Of a stretch of DNA of 46,990 nt, positions 34,079-43,629 are shown in pieces (within the stretch, counting starts at the first letter, position 1; every line of letters starts with the position of its first letter). Both the position numbers and the translations under genes were made by a program. This DNA comes from an uncultured Candidatus Saccharibacteria bacterium (GTDB taxonomy: Bacteria > Patescibacteriota > Minisyncoccia > UBA6257 > GWB1-50-10), in the NCBI GenBank assembly GCA_964365955.1, contig CAYISA010000006.1:1-46990 (forward strand). The letters are read 5' to 3'. The notes under the pieces were generated by a model, which had not been told where the DNA came from, did not search any database, and saw only the letters and a program-made list of their open reading frames with translations.

Positions 34079-34390
34079 ATGAATCCAACAGAAGTTCGAT
34101 ACTGCCCAAAATGCAGAGAGAGAAAAGAATGTTCAACGTTTGTCTATATGGGTGCGACAAACTACTCGCTTCAAAGCTTGGATTTTGCATACTTTCTTTG
34201 TAATAGATGCAAAGCGGTTCATGTAGACCCGAAACTCTTAAGAAAAGTGATCCAAACTTGGAAATCGGGAAAAACGTATTTACCGTCAGTTCAGTACATG
34301 CACGAAGAAGTTATGAACGCTCTCAAAAAAACTTTTTGTAAAGGGTATACTTTTATAAAATTTCCAAAAAATCTTCCTAATGAAAAATAA
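34079..34390 (+). CDS. small zinc-ribbon protein, hypothetical (103 aa)
   Basis: CPKC...CNRC Cys pairs. AT-rich. Followed by its own terminator. Confidence 0.5.
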   Translation: MNPTEVRYCPKCRERKECSTFVYMGATNYSLQSLDFAYFLCNRCKAVHVDPKLLRKVIQTWKSGKTYLPSVQYMHEEVMNALKKTFCKGYTFIKFPKNLPNEK

Positions 34391-34415
34391 CGCCACATTT
34401 TATGTGGCGCTTTTT
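34391..34415. terminator. bidirectional intrinsic terminator
   Basis: CGCCACAT / ATGTGGCG stem with a short loop and T5. A-run on the other side for the convergent gene. Confidence 0.7.
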
Positions 34416-34416
34416 A

Positions 34417-34740
34417 TTAAGTTATTTGGCTGCCCGGCGCCACCTCTTTATCCGGCACTAAAAGCACCGCCCCGCCTTCTGTATTATGTGCGGCAAGAAG
34501 CATCCCCTGACTTTCAAGTCCCGCCATCATGCGCGGGGCAAGATTTGCAACAATAATAATTTGCCGCCCCACAAGGTCTGCTGGTGAATACTGCTTTGCG
34601 ATCCCTGCCAAAATCTGCTTTTTTTCCGTTCCGATATCAACCATAAGTTTTACCAATTTATCGGAGCCCAATACAGCTTCAGCTGATTCTATTTCTCCAA
34701 CCCGCAACTCCAATTTTTTAAAATCTTCGAACTCAACCAT
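34417..34740 (-). CDS. tRNA-binding domain protein (CsaA/EMAP-like OB fold)
   Basis: 107 aa. ...FKKLELRVGEIESAE...DKLVKLMVDIG...QILAGIAKQY...LVGRQIIIVANLAPRMMAGLESQGMLLAA... Confidence 0.8.
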   Translation of the reverse strand: MVEFEDFKKLELRVGEIESAEAVLGSDKLVKLMVDIGTEKKQILAGIAKQYSPADLVGRQIIIVANLAPRMMAGLESQGMLLAAHNTEGGAVLLVPDKEVAPGSQIT

Positions 34741-34752
34741 AAGGATATAGTA

Positions 34753-36000
34753 CTATTCATAGCGCAGGGCCTCAATCGGGCTCTTTTTTGACGCTTGCCG
34801 CGCTGGATAAAGCCCGAACACAACGCCCGTGAACGTCGCAACCGCAACGGAAAGCAGGATCGCATTCGGCGGGAGCGAGAAGACCCAACCGGTTGAAAGA
34901 AACCGCGAGAGCGCGAAATAAATCGCCACGACCAATCCTCCGCCGATCAAAATACCCCCTATACCGCCAGCGCTTGTCAAAATAACCGACTCCCACAAAA
35001 ACTGCGTCAAGATATCCTTGTCCGTTGCCCCAACCGCTTTGCGCAGACCGATCTCTTTCGTTCGCTCCACAACCGATACCAGCATGATATTCATAATTCC
35101 GATTCCCCCGACCACAAGCGAAATAAACGCGATGGAAGTAAGAAACATCGTAAGAATAGAAGTTATGTCCCCGAGAAGCGAAACAATATCTTCTTGCGAG
35201 CGCACGGTAAAATCGTCTTTATTTGGATCGGTGATGCTGTGTGTCTGGCGCAAAATGGACGTCACGCGTGACTTTACGTAATCTGTGTTGTACGCGCTGT
35301 CTGCCTCCATAAAAATAGAGGCGTTGTAATAATTGATTCCGAGCAGCTGTTTCTGCGCAACAGTGATCGGAACGGCTACCAGGTCGTCATAATTCACGCC
35401 AAGCGGTCCCGACCCTTTTTCTTTCAAAATACCGACCACAGTGAATGAAATGGTATTCAGGCGAAATGATTTCCCAATCGGGTCCATCTCTCCAAAAAGC
35501 GTTTTTGCGATATTCGAACCCATGACCGCCACACGGCCGAACGAATCTACCTCTTCCTTCGTGAACGCGCGTCCTTTTGAAAATTCTAGATTGATAATCG
35601 AGAAAAATTCCTCCGGGTATCCGCCGTAGACAACGCTTACGTCATTTTGCAGATAAATGGCGCGCGCCTGGCCGTGCACTTCCGCGGCCGCCCGCAGGAT
35701 GGAGGGTTCCCGCCGAAGCGCCTCCAAATCGCGCTCGGTAAGCGTTTTAATGACGATGCCCTGCACCGAAGGCGGAGGAGCGAACCGGGAACTTTTGTTC
35801 GCGCCCGGAACGACAAAAACCAGATTGGAACCGATGCCTTTGATCTGCCCCAAAATCAACTTCTGCGCAGAGTCCCCCAAGGACATCAACAGGATTACGG
35901 ACGCGATTCCGATCACGATGCCAAGCATGGTAAGCGCGGAACGAAGCCGCGCGTGCCGAACCCCCAACAAAGCCGTCCGTAATGAATCGCGAAACCGCAT
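34753..36000 (-). CDS. ABC transporter permease, MacB/FtsX type
   Basis: The ATG at 36000 (MRFRDSLRTALLGV...) is 1 nt after the ATPase stop. MacB-type periplasmic domain plus a C-terminal FtsX four-helix module. Confidence 0.85.
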   Translation of the reverse strand: MRFRDSLRTALLGVRHARLRSALTMLGIVIGIASVILLMSLGDSAQKLILGQIKGIGSNLVFVVPGANKSSRFAPPPSVQGIVIKTLTERDLEALRREPSILRAAAEVHGQARAIYLQNDVSVVYGGYPEEFFSIINLEFSKGRAFTKEEVDSFGRVAVMGSNIAKTLFGEMDPIGKSFRLNTISFTVVGILKEKGSGPLGVNYDDLVAVPITVAQKQLLGINYYNASIFMEADSAYNTDYVKSRVTSILRQTHSITDPNKDDFTVRSQEDIVSLLGDITSILTMFLTSIAFISLVVGGIGIMNIMLVSVVERTKEIGLRKAVGATDKDILTQFLWESVILTSAGGIGGILIGGGLVVAIYFALSRFLSTGWVFSLPPNAILLSVAVATFTGVVFGLYPARQASKKSPIEALRYE

Positions 36001-36001
36001 G

Positions 36002-36712
36002 CTATTTGAAAAATTCTTCCGAGGAATTCCGCTGATGCATGATCGGCCCATCATACTCGATTTTCCCGTCCAGTAGCTTAATGAGGCGGCGCGCAAACTC
36101 TGAAGTGTAGGTTTCATGCGTCACTAAAATTACCGTTTTCCCATTTTTGTTCAAAGTTTTTAAAATACTCATGACCTGCGCCCCCGACTGCGAATCAAGA
36201 TTTCCCGTCGGTTCATCCGCAAAAATAATGCCGGGGTCATTCACTAATGCCCGCGCAATCGCGACGCGCTGCTGCTGTCCGCCCGAAAGACGCCCTGCTT
36301 CAACCCATAATTTTTCTTCGAGCCCTACCGCGCGCACCGCTTCTTCAACCAGATGTCTGCGCCTGCCGTGGGGAACGTCCGAATATAAAAGCGGCAATTC
36401 GACATTTTCGAACACACTTGAACGTGACAGAAGATTGAAGGACTGAAACACGAATCCCATCTCTTTGTTGCGGAAAAAAGCCAGTTGGTCGTCCGATAAT
36501 TCCTCCATTCGTTTCTGAAGCACAACATAAGAGCCCGCTGTGGGACGATCCAGAAAACCCATCACGTGCAGAAGCGTGGACTTCCCAGATCCCGAAGGAC
36601 CCATAATAGCCACGAATTCCCCTTTTTGGATTTCAAACGAAACACCACGGAGTGCCTGTGTTTCCACGCCGTCCACGTTGTATGTTTTTTCGATATTTTT
36701 TACTGCAATCAT
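36002..36712 (-). CDS. ABC transporter ATP-binding protein, MacB/LolD type
   Basis: 236 aa. GPSGSGKST Walker [16 protein letters not shown] signature and [11 protein letters not shown] Walker B. Confidence 0.92.
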   Translation of the reverse strand: MIAVKNIEKTYNVDGVETQALRGVSFEIQKGEFVAIMGPSGSGKSTLLHVMGFLDRPTAGSYVVLQKRMEELSDDQLAFFRNKEMGFVFQSFNLLSRSSVFENVELPLLYSDVPHGRRRHLVEEAVRAVGLEEKLWVEAGRLSGGQQQRVAIARALVNDPGIIFADEPTGNLDSQSGAQVMSILKTLNKNGKTVILVTHETYTSEFARRLIKLLDGKIEYDGPIMHQRNSSEEFFK

Positions 36713-36714
36713 TA

Positions 36715-38283
36715 TTATTTACCGTTCTTCAGCCCGATATTCAAAACCGCATCCCCTTCTTTGACCCCCGAAAGGACTTCCACAAGGCCGTCTTCGCTTC
36801 GCACACCCAGTGTTACAGAAATCTCCAGTGTTTCTTTCCCACTTTTTATTTTCACGAACGTTCCCGCATCTTTTTCCAAAATGGCATACTGCGGAAGCGT
36901 AAGCACGTTTTCTTTCCGGAGCGTTTCAATGGCGAGATTCGCGGTAAGTCCGCTTTTAAAGCGCGCGTCCGCATTGCCGGGAATTGCCTTTATTTTAAAA
37001 TTTGCAACCCCGTCAATCACGGTTTCCGCCGGATCGATATGGGAAAGCGTCGCTTGAAAAGTATTTCCCGGAAGCGCGTCCACGGTAACCCACACAATGT
37101 TTCCAAGGGCGATTTTTCCCACATCAACCTCGGGGACATTTGCCTCGATCTCCAGATTATTTTGGGACATAACGGCGACAATGACGCTGTTCGGAGAAAT
37201 AATTTCTCCAACTTTCGCGTCTTGCCGCGTCACCATACCGTTGATCGGCGATCGCAACACCGTTTTTGCCATCTGTGCGCCGATGGTCCTGACATTTGCC
37301 GCCGCCTGTTCCACCTGTGCCTCTTCGGCGGCAATCTCTTCTGGTGTAGCCCCCGCTTTGGAGAGCGCATATTTGTCTTCCGAAACTTTTAAGTTCGCTT
37401 CCGCGGACTTGAACCCTTCGCGCGCCGCACTAAGTGCCGTGATGGCGGTACTTACAGAAGAAAGAGCGGATGATACATTCGCTCTCCATCCATCAATTGT
37501 TGCCTGCGTCAAAGACCCTGACGGCACCACGGTATTCAACGCGAACGCGGCCGTGCTTACCATGTCCCGCGTGGATACAAGATTATTCTGCGCCGTCGTG
37601 TCGTATGCCATAAGATCACCCGTCTCCATAAATGTCTGAAGAGAACTCCCCCACAGAACGAACGGGGATTCGAGCGCGAGACGCTTTGCTTCAATATTAA
37701 CTTTTATTTGAGAATCCGAAACCGAAAAAAGAAGCTGGGGTAATGTACGCGGATTTAAGAAAAAGGAGTCCAGTTTATTGCGTATCGCATCATTTGCCTT
37801 TGCATACGCATCCTGCACTGTGTCTCGAAATGTCTGTCGCGCTTCCGTGAGTGTTACTTGTGCACTCGCGATCTCGGCTACGAAAACATTCAACTCTTCC
37901 GAACGTGTGCCTTTCCGCAGCTGATCCAACTTTGCCTGTTCTCTGGCAACGGTGGCGCTCGCTTCCGAAAACTGTGCCGAAAGCTCGCTCTGATCCAATA
38001 CCACAAGTGTCTGCCCCGCGCTTACTGTGTCGCCCACACTCGCCGAAACCCGAACCACGCGCCCAGTCCGCTCAAACCCCAACTCTACACTTTCCGCGGG
38101 TTTAAACTGGCCCGTTACCCGAACCTGCTGGATTACCGTTCCTTTTTTAACTATTAAAAAATCTTCGCTCGGTGCTTTTTTGAATACACCACTTGCATAG
38201 AGAATAATGCCCATTGCCACCGCGAGAAGAAGAATTCTCCATGGACGACAAAAAAACCTGAATATTTTTTTCATAGAACGCAT
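36715..38283 (-). CDS. HlyD/MacA-like periplasmic adaptor (membrane fusion protein)
   Basis: 522 aa. N-terminal anchor, biotinyl-lipoyl-like halves (GDTVSAGQTLVVLD... / ...SPINGMVT) flanking a very long helical hairpin, and beta-barrel C-terminal domains. Confidence 0.8.
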   Translation of the reverse strand: MRSMKKIFRFFCRPWRILLLAVAMGIILYASGVFKKAPSEDFLIVKKGTVIQQVRVTGQFKPAESVELGFERTGRVVRVSASVGDTVSAGQTLVVLDQSELSAQFSEASATVAREQAKLDQLRKGTRSEELNVFVAEIASAQVTLTEARQTFRDTVQDAYAKANDAIRNKLDSFFLNPRTLPQLLFSVSDSQIKVNIEAKRLALESPFVLWGSSLQTFMETGDLMAYDTTAQNNLVSTRDMVSTAAFALNTVVPSGSLTQATIDGWRANVSSALSSVSTAITALSAAREGFKSAEANLKVSEDKYALSKAGATPEEIAAEEAQVEQAAANVRTIGAQMAKTVLRSPINGMVTRQDAKVGEIISPNSVIVAVMSQNNLEIEANVPEVDVGKIALGNIVWVTVDALPGNTFQATLSHIDPAETVIDGVANFKIKAIPGNADARFKSGLTANLAIETLRKENVLTLPQYAILEKDAGTFVKIKSGKETLEISVTLGVRSEDGLVEVLSGVKEGDAVLNIGLKNGK

Positions 38284-38328
38284 ATATATTGTATGCGGTG
38301 AAAATTTGTTTTACAAGAAAAATACGAA

Positions 38329-38793
38329 TTAATTTTTTGGAAATGGCTCGTACGCGTTTCTGTCGATCGTCCGCGTAAAACAGGTGCGCCCGACACCATG
38401 TTCCCAATCCCACATCCCAGCATCCCCTCCCGCGCCTACTGGGACAGGTTTCGGAAAAGACATTATTCCAGATACATTCCCCGACTGCGCAAAAGTGGCA
38501 CAGAGTGTGAAGGTTTCACCTCCTCCGGGCGCGTATTCGTATTCCGCGTTGGTTTCTGGATCACGAGAAAACAGCTGGCCCAGATTCGCGTTTTGCAACA
38601 CGTCAAGCGAAGCGGGAAGCGCCCTATGCTTTTGCCAATAATAAATCACCGAACTTTGCAATGATTGCAAATTTTCAAGGCGCTGCGAATCAAATTTCCG
38701 CATGCGTTCTTTTGTCGGGGAACCCGCAACAAAAAAACCGGCGACAACTGCAAATGCAATCAAAGTGATGACTCCGATAATGAAATAGCGCAT
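38329..38793 (-). CDS. pilin-like membrane-anchored protein without a prepilin leader, hypothetical
   Basis: 154 aa. The N-terminal hydrophobic helix starts at residue 4, followed by ...RMRKFDSQRLENLQSLQSSVIYYW..., which resembles the post-helix segment of type IV pilins. No G/FTLIE cleavage motif. Confidence 0.35.
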   Translation of the reverse strand: MRYFIIGVITLIAFAVVAGFFVAGSPTKERMRKFDSQRLENLQSLQSSVIYYWQKHRALPASLDVLQNANLGQLFSRDPETNAEYEYAPGGGETFTLCATFAQSGNVSGIMSFPKPVPVGAGGDAGMWDWEHGVGRTCFTRTIDRNAYEPFPKN

Positions 38794-38794
38794 A

Positions 38795-39298
38795 TTACTC
38801 CGTTGTATTTGCCTTCACATCCCAGAAATAATAAACAAAGATCGCACCTACAACGCAAAAGACGGAAAACACTTTTAAGACGAAGCGCGTGGTAAGTTCT
38901 CCGCCCAAGAAATTATAGACCAGCGATACGACATCTCCGATTAAAATGAGTGCCGCGACAAACAGCGTAAAATACACAAGCCATTTTCGGATACGCAACT
39001 CTCGTTTCCAAGTCTCGCGTACATACTGCTTTCCAAGATACCGCATCGTGAAAAGATACGCAGGAAAAACGACAATGAGTGCGGAAATTGAAAAACGAAT
39101 CGCATTGCGCGCGCTTTCCGCCTGATAAGTCCGCAGTCCTTCGAGCGCGTCCGGCATTCCCAGATTGATATAGGCGAAGAAAAGTGAAATAAGACTCCCC
39201 GCGCTTGCGTAGAGCGTGATAATCCCGAGTAAATGCAAAAATACATCTTTCGGAGACGCTTTGGGACGTTCTTTGGCTACGACCGGTAAGGTATCCAT
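38795..39298 (-). CDS. DUF5671-like membrane protein
   Basis: 167 aa. ...SPKDVFLHLLGIITLYASAGSLISLFFAYINLGMPD... followed by four further TM segments. The family call is from memory. Confidence 0.45.
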   Translation of the reverse strand: MDTLPVVAKERPKASPKDVFLHLLGIITLYASAGSLISLFFAYINLGMPDALEGLRTYQAESARNAIRFSISALIVVFPAYLFTMRYLGKQYVRETWKRELRIRKWLVYFTLFVAALILIGDVVSLVYNFLGGELTTRFVLKVFSVFCVVGAIFVYYFWDVKANTTE

Positions 39299-39315
39299 AC
39301 GTTCAGTATATCATC

Positions 39316-40002
39316 TTACGGATTCCATTGAGCGAGAAAAAAAACGGAAGATAATGGATCCCACAAAAGCGCGGTCAAGACGACTCCAAGAAGAAAGGGG
39401 TACCCGAGCGTCGTGTAGGACTCTTTTGAAGAGAATATTTTATAGAGTGATACCGTAAGAACAGAAAGAAATAAAACCGGAATGAACAAAATAATCTTTG
39501 GCCACCCAACGACCAGCGCACACAAAAACCCGAGCTGCACCTCCCCTTCGTAAAAAAACCTGCTGTTTCGCTTTTCAAGCCACCGTAAATAGACACGAAA
39601 AACCCACGCCATCGCAATCGAAAGGAACGCGAATGCCCAAAAATGTCCCCACGAGTAAAAAAGGAAATAACCAAGCTTGCTTTTAAAAATCCCCGCAAAA
39701 AAGTCCGCGAGCGGCGATATCACAACGGAATCAAGCGGAAACTGAAGGAACGATTGTGTGAACGCGGAAGCACGCCATACCCAATATTGCCCAACGGTGG
39801 AAAAAAAGGCATAGACCAGATGAAATACGATCACTGCCAATGCGAGCTGGCGGTAGGAAAAACGCAGGAAAAAGTTGTTGGCGGGTTTTTCTCCCCCCCG
39901 TTCTGTCACATATCGAAATGCCGCGTAAAAAATAACCGCTACCCACACCACGGAAGGAACCCACTCAAGAAAAGGACCAATAAAAAAATTTGTCATCACC
40001 AC
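39316..40002 (-). CDS. polytopic membrane protein, hypothetical (weak A24 prepilin-peptidase-like motif)
   Basis: 228 aa with about 6 TM helices. EGEVQLGFLCALVVGWP resembles the GGDVKLLAALGAWLGW box, with Asp replaced by Glu. Confidence 0.3.
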   Translation of the reverse strand: MVMTNFFIGPFLEWVPSVVWVAVIFYAAFRYVTERGGEKPANNFFLRFSYRQLALAVIVFHLVYAFFSTVGQYWVWRASAFTQSFLQFPLDSVVISPLADFFAGIFKSKLGYFLFYSWGHFWAFAFLSIAMAWVFRVYLRWLEKRNSRFFYEGEVQLGFLCALVVGWPKIILFIPVLFLSVLTVSLYKIFSSKESYTTLGYPFLLGVVLTALLWDPLSSVFFLAQWNP

Positions 40003-40090
40003 TGATTATACCTTGGAAATCCACGAACGAAAAAGCCACAGTGAATTAATCAACGGGGAAAAAAATTTAGAGCGCATCCATCAAAAGAAA

Positions 40091-40321
40091 TTACGACTCC
40101 GGATGATCGGGGTTCTTTTTCGGCTTCAAAGGAAAACGATCGCCTAGATAATAAATATATAAAATATCCAACACCGCCATGGTATTCACGACCAAGATGA
40201 TGATAAACCACCATTTCTGCTTTTTATGAGCCGCTTTCCAGAGTGCGAACCCTTTCCACGGCAAAACCCATAAAACCAGCATCACCGACAAAAACGGATG
40301 CGCTCCAAATAGTGTTTCCAT
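40091..40321 (-). CDS. DUF5652-like small membrane protein
   Basis: The ATG at 40321 (METLFGAHPF...) is preferred. ...LPWKGFALWKAAHKKQKWWFIIILVVNTMAVLDILYIYYL fits the family pattern. TTGGTA-17-TATAAT lies at 40360-40332, 10 nt before the ATG. Confidence 0.55.
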   Translation of the reverse strand: METLFGAHPFLSVMLVLWVLPWKGFALWKAAHKKQKWWFIIILVVNTMAVLDILYIYYLGDRFPLKPKKNPDHPES

Positions 40322-40402
40322 AGATACCTTTATTATAGAAAATAAAAAGCGGACTACCAAACACGGCGTCCGCCCAAAACTATGTAAAACAGAGCTTGAA
40401 TT

Positions 40403-40948
40403 CTACGGACCGATTAAAACCGCGGCCGCAACCACCGTGGTCCAGAGTCCGTTCTTGTTTCCTTCGGCCGACTGCGTAACGTTCATCGCGCGCACGATTT
40501 TTCCGCTCATTTTGAATAACTGTTCCCGTTCGTCCCATGCCTGATCGGGACTGAACTCAATTCCCTGAATGGATGCGAGCATGGAGGCGGCCAAGTCCTC
40601 CGCATAATCTCCTGCTTTTTCGCCGGTCTCTCCGAAGCTATGATGCTCTGAAATATAGCCATGCGCGGCGGCGTCCGCGGGAATCGCAAGCCCGACTGAT
40701 GTCGCAATTAAACGGTTCGGCTCATTCGTGGCATTCCGTGACATGACACAGTACACAATTTCTCCGTGTGCAAGATACGTGAGTCCTTCTTCTTTTTTGA
40801 TCATCTTGCAGCCGGGCGGAAAAATACTCGAAACCGTAACCAAATTAAAAGGCGCGATTCCCGCATCCCGTAACGCCATTTCAAACGAGGTGAGTTGCTC
40901 CCTATGCACTCCCACTCCTTTCGTCAAAAATATTTTTTGCGGTACCAT
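40403..40948 (-). CDS. pdaD: pyruvoyl-dependent arginine decarboxylase
   Basis: 181 aa. ...[37 protein letters not shown]... includes the Ser-Ser self-cleavage site context. Confidence 0.8.
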   Translation of the reverse strand: MVPQKIFLTKGVGVHREQLTSFEMALRDAGIAPFNLVTVSSIFPPGCKMIKKEEGLTYLAHGEIVYCVMSRNATNEPNRLIATSVGLAIPADAAAHGYISEHHSFGETGEKAGDYAEDLAASMLASIQGIEFSPDQAWDEREQLFKMSGKIVRAMNVTQSAEGNKNGLWTTVVAAAVLIGP

Positions 40949-40949
40949 T

Positions 40950-41456
40950 TTATTTTTTTGTCGGCGTGGCGTCCTTCACGCCCAGCAACTCAACTTCAAA
41001 TGTTAAGGTTGCGTTCGGGGGAATTACAAAATTTCCGCTTGCGTCTTTTATTCCGTTCGGACCATACGCAAGTTCGGACGGAATAACCAGGCGCCGCTTC
41101 CCTCCCACCTTCATCCCCTGCACACCCCTATCCCATCCCGGAATAACTTGGCCACCACCCAACAGAAACGTAAACGGGATGCCACGGTCATACGAACTAT
41201 CGAATTTTGTTCCGTTCGCGAGTGTTCCCGTATATTGCACGGTTACTAATTTGCCGGACACGGCCTCTGCCCCGGTTCCGATTGTTCCGTCATAAATTGC
41301 AAGCTGTCCTGCTGTCGGGCTCGCGGGCGTTACCGGCGCTCCCGACTGATTATTTTTGCGCGATGACATAAAACTGGGCGTACTGACAATGGAAAAAACA
41401 ATCACAAGAACTGCAACGACTCCCACAATAATGATACTTTCTTTGGTTACCGACAT
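40950..41456 (-). CDS. membrane-anchored FKBP-type peptidyl-prolyl isomerase
   Basis: 168 aa. N-terminal TM helix, then [56 protein letters not shown]. Confidence 0.9.
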   Translation of the reverse strand: MSVTKESIIIVGVVAVLVIVFSIVSTPSFMSSRKNNQSGAPVTPASPTAGQLAIYDGTIGTGAEAVSGKLVTVQYTGTLANGTKFDSSYDRGIPFTFLLGGGQVIPGWDRGVQGMKVGGKRRLVIPSELAYGPNGIKDASGNFVIPPNATLTFEVELLGVKDATPTKK

Positions 41457-41469
41457 AAATAGAATCCTA

Positions 41470-41811
41470 TCACACCATCTCTGAAAATTCTAACGTGTCA
41501 CCTTTTCCGGTTTTTGTTTTCTGCAACGTCCCCGCCGGGAATTCGATCACCGTGGCATACCGCGGATTCCAAAAAAAGAGGCGCCCGGGAGACAAATCTT
41601 CGCGCACCGCGACCACGCGTCCTTTGCCATCGCATACCGCAACATCGATTGAAAACTGCATTCCAATGGTATGAATCCCCCATCGCGTTCTGAAAACAAT
41701 CGTGTTCGGCTTGCGCGCGCCAAGAAGCCCTGTTACTTTTTCCGAAAGCGTACGCGCAACCACTGCCTGTTCCGCGAGTATCGCGTTGTTGGAGCTATTT
41801 TGTATGCGCAT
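41470..41811 (-). CDS. DUF192-like protein
   Basis: 113 aa. ...FRTRWGIHTIGMQFSIDVAVCDGKGRVVAV...VIEFPAGT... pattern. The family call is from memory. Confidence 0.55.
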   Translation of the reverse strand: MRIQNSSNNAILAEQAVVARTLSEKVTGLLGARKPNTIVFRTRWGIHTIGMQFSIDVAVCDGKGRVVAVREDLSPGRLFFWNPRYATVIEFPAGTLQKTKTGKGDTLEFSEMV

Positions 41812-42138
41812 TTAGATGCCGATTCCTTGCACGCTCTGTAACGATTGGCTCAGTTGATTCAGAAAGGCCGCGACGCTCCAGACTCCGATAAGAATAGCGG
41901 CGAGCGTAATACCCATTGCTACATACCCGATCTTTTTTTCCCTCTCGCCTCCGTGTTTTAGGTATTGATAGCCGTACCAGAATCCTGATCCGGGAATGGC
42001 GAAGCTCAAAAAATAAATGCGTGCCTGCGTCATGCCATCGGTGGATGGACCGGGCTCTTTAATTTTCTTTCCGCACTGCGGACAGAAATTCACATCTACC
42101 GAAAGAGCCACACCGCAATTCGAACAAAATGCATCCAT
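41812..42138 (-). CDS. zinc-ribbon protein with two TM helices
   Basis: 108 aa. CSNCG...CPQCG at the N-terminus followed by two hydrophobic helices. Confidence 0.6.
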   Translation of the reverse strand: MDAFCSNCGVALSVDVNFCPQCGKKIKEPGPSTDGMTQARIYFLSFAIPGSGFWYGYQYLKHGGEREKKIGYVAMGITLAAILIGVWSVAAFLNQLSQSLQSVQGIGI

Positions 42139-42249
42139 ATAGTTATCATACCATTGCCACGCCCCTAAATTTCGGTGAGTTGCACTGACCCTATCGCAAA
42201 GATATAATAAGTTTAGTTATTTTCCACCCAAACAAGAGAAGGAGATACG

Positions 42250-42579
42250 ATGAGATTGGAATACGAAGAACGTAGCGCTCCACAACCATCAGCGCGATTG
42301 GTGGGCGATTGCAGACTCTGCAATTGCCGCCATACATTTTTACACTGCAAAAAACACAAGATATTCCTCCAAATGATAGAAGGGCGTGGATTATACTGCC
42401 CGAAGTGTAACGAAACGAGTTCTGGAAATCCGGCTGAATTTATTCTCTGCTGTGTGGAATGCGAGAAACCGCTTGCGGTGACCGAAGGAGAAGGGTCTTA
42501 CTGCCTGAACTGCAATTTTCACCCGTCCATGCAGGACACATTTCTTTGGAAAATCGAAAAGATATCAAACCCGACGTAA
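42250..42579 (+). CDS. Cys-rich (multi-CxxC) small protein, hypothetical (109 aa)
   Basis: AAGGAG Shine-Dalgarno 6 nt upstream. Contains CRLCNC, CPKC, CCVEC and CLNC. The terminator hairpin encloses its stop codon. Confidence 0.55.
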   Translation: MRLEYEERSAPQPSARLVGDCRLCNCRHTFLHCKKHKIFLQMIEGRGLYCPKCNETSSGNPAEFILCCVECEKPLAVTEGEGSYCLNCNFHPSMQDTFLWKIEKISNPT

Positions 42580-42597
42580 GTCGGGTTTTTATTTTTT
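42567..42597. terminator. bidirectional intrinsic terminator (stem CCCGAC/GTCGGG)
   Basis: AAACCCGAC-GTAA-GTCGGGTTT followed by a T-rich run. The obg stop codon (42589-42591) lies in the T-run. Confidence 0.65.
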
Positions 42598-43557
42598 CTG
42601 CTCTTCTAAAATCCGATTCAGGAGTTTTTTTGCCTCCTGCATGCGTTTGTCGTCCAGAATTGAGACCGGAAGGACGACACGCTTGGTGGAGACAAGCGCC
42701 CGCACCATGCTCTTGATCCGCGGCTCGTCTACCTCATCGCATTTCGAAAGAAAGACATATTCTTCTTTTTCGAGCAACGCGGGGTTATATTCGCCGAGTT
42801 CATTCCGGATCGTTCGATAGTCCGCGAGCGGATCTTTTGTTGTGGCATCAATAAAATGGAACAAAATCCGTGTGCGTTCAATATGGCGTAAAAATTTTAT
42901 CCCTAATCCCTTCCCCAATGATGAGCCCTCAATAAGCCCCGGAATATCCGCAAGAATGAGTTCATAATAGGCACCTAAATGTGGTTCAAGCGTGGTAAAA
43001 GCGTAATTTGCAACCGGACTTTTCGCTTTTGTCACGGCATTCAAAAAACTCGATTTTCCCACATTCGGCAACCCCACAAGCCCGATGTCCGCAATGAGTT
43101 TTAACTCCAACCGCAGTACGCACGTTTCGCCGGGCAACCCCGGCTGAGACTCCTTGGGCGTCGTATTCCGTGCTGATCGATAATGAAAGTTCCCCTTTCC
43201 GCCTTTTCCGCCCCGCGCAACCAGCGCGCGTTCGCCAAGTTTGGTAAGTTCGTATTCCGCACCCGTATCCTTGTTGGTAACCGATGTGCCCCGCGGAACA
43301 TTCAAAATCAGGTCGGTGCCGCGATGCCCGTCCCGAAACGCGGAGCGTCCGTCCTCTCCTTTTTCCGCAAGAAAAACTTTTTTTGTGCGAAATTGCTGGA
43401 ACGCTCCCAGATCCGCCACCGCTTCCAGATAGACATCGGCGCCTTTGCCACCGGACGCACCAGTAGGACCAAGCGTCATTTTTACATTGCTGAACGCCAC
43501 GGCTCCTTTGCCGCCTTTCCCCGCGCTCACCTTAATGGTAACGTCGTCAATCAACAT
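42589..43557 (-). CDS. obg: GTPase Obg (no C-terminal OCT extension)
   Basis: 322 aa. Gly-rich Obg fold (VSAGKGGKGAVAF...GGKGADVYL), G1 GLPNVGKSS and G3 DIPGLIEG. Confidence 0.92.
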   Translation of the reverse strand: MLIDDVTIKVSAGKGGKGAVAFSNVKMTLGPTGASGGKGADVYLEAVADLGAFQQFRTKKVFLAEKGEDGRSAFRDGHRGTDLILNVPRGTSVTNKDTGAEYELTKLGERALVARGGKGGKGNFHYRSARNTTPKESQPGLPGETCVLRLELKLIADIGLVGLPNVGKSSFLNAVTKAKSPVANYAFTTLEPHLGAYYELILADIPGLIEGSSLGKGLGIKFLRHIERTRILFHFIDATTKDPLADYRTIRNELGEYNPALLEKEEYVFLSKCDEVDEPRIKSMVRALVSTKRVVLPVSILDDKRMQEAKKLLNRILEEQKK

Positions 43558-43593
43558 ACGTTCAGTGTATCGCGTTGTCGTGCTTTTGCCAGC

Positions 43594-43624
43594 AAAATAA
43601 ACCCCCCGCCAGGTAGCGGGGGGT
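43594..43624 (-). terminator. intrinsic terminator of rdgB
   Basis: ACCCCCCGC / GCGGGGGGT 9-bp stem with a 6-nt loop. The minus strand is followed by TTTATTTT. Confidence 0.7.
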
Positions 43625-43629
43625 TACAA

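Noticed and set aside
33985-34203. 72-aa plus-strand ORF overlapping the start of the 34079 zinc-ribbon ORF.
   Set aside because: It is in a different frame with no motif. The 34079 frame has paired CxxC motifs and runs to the terminator, so it is the better model.
36001-36117. 39-codon N-terminal extension of the FtsX-type permease ORF.
   Set aside because: It overlaps the 3' end of the ABC ATPase gene. The ATG at 36000 gives the usual MacB-type start and tight coupling to the upstream stop.
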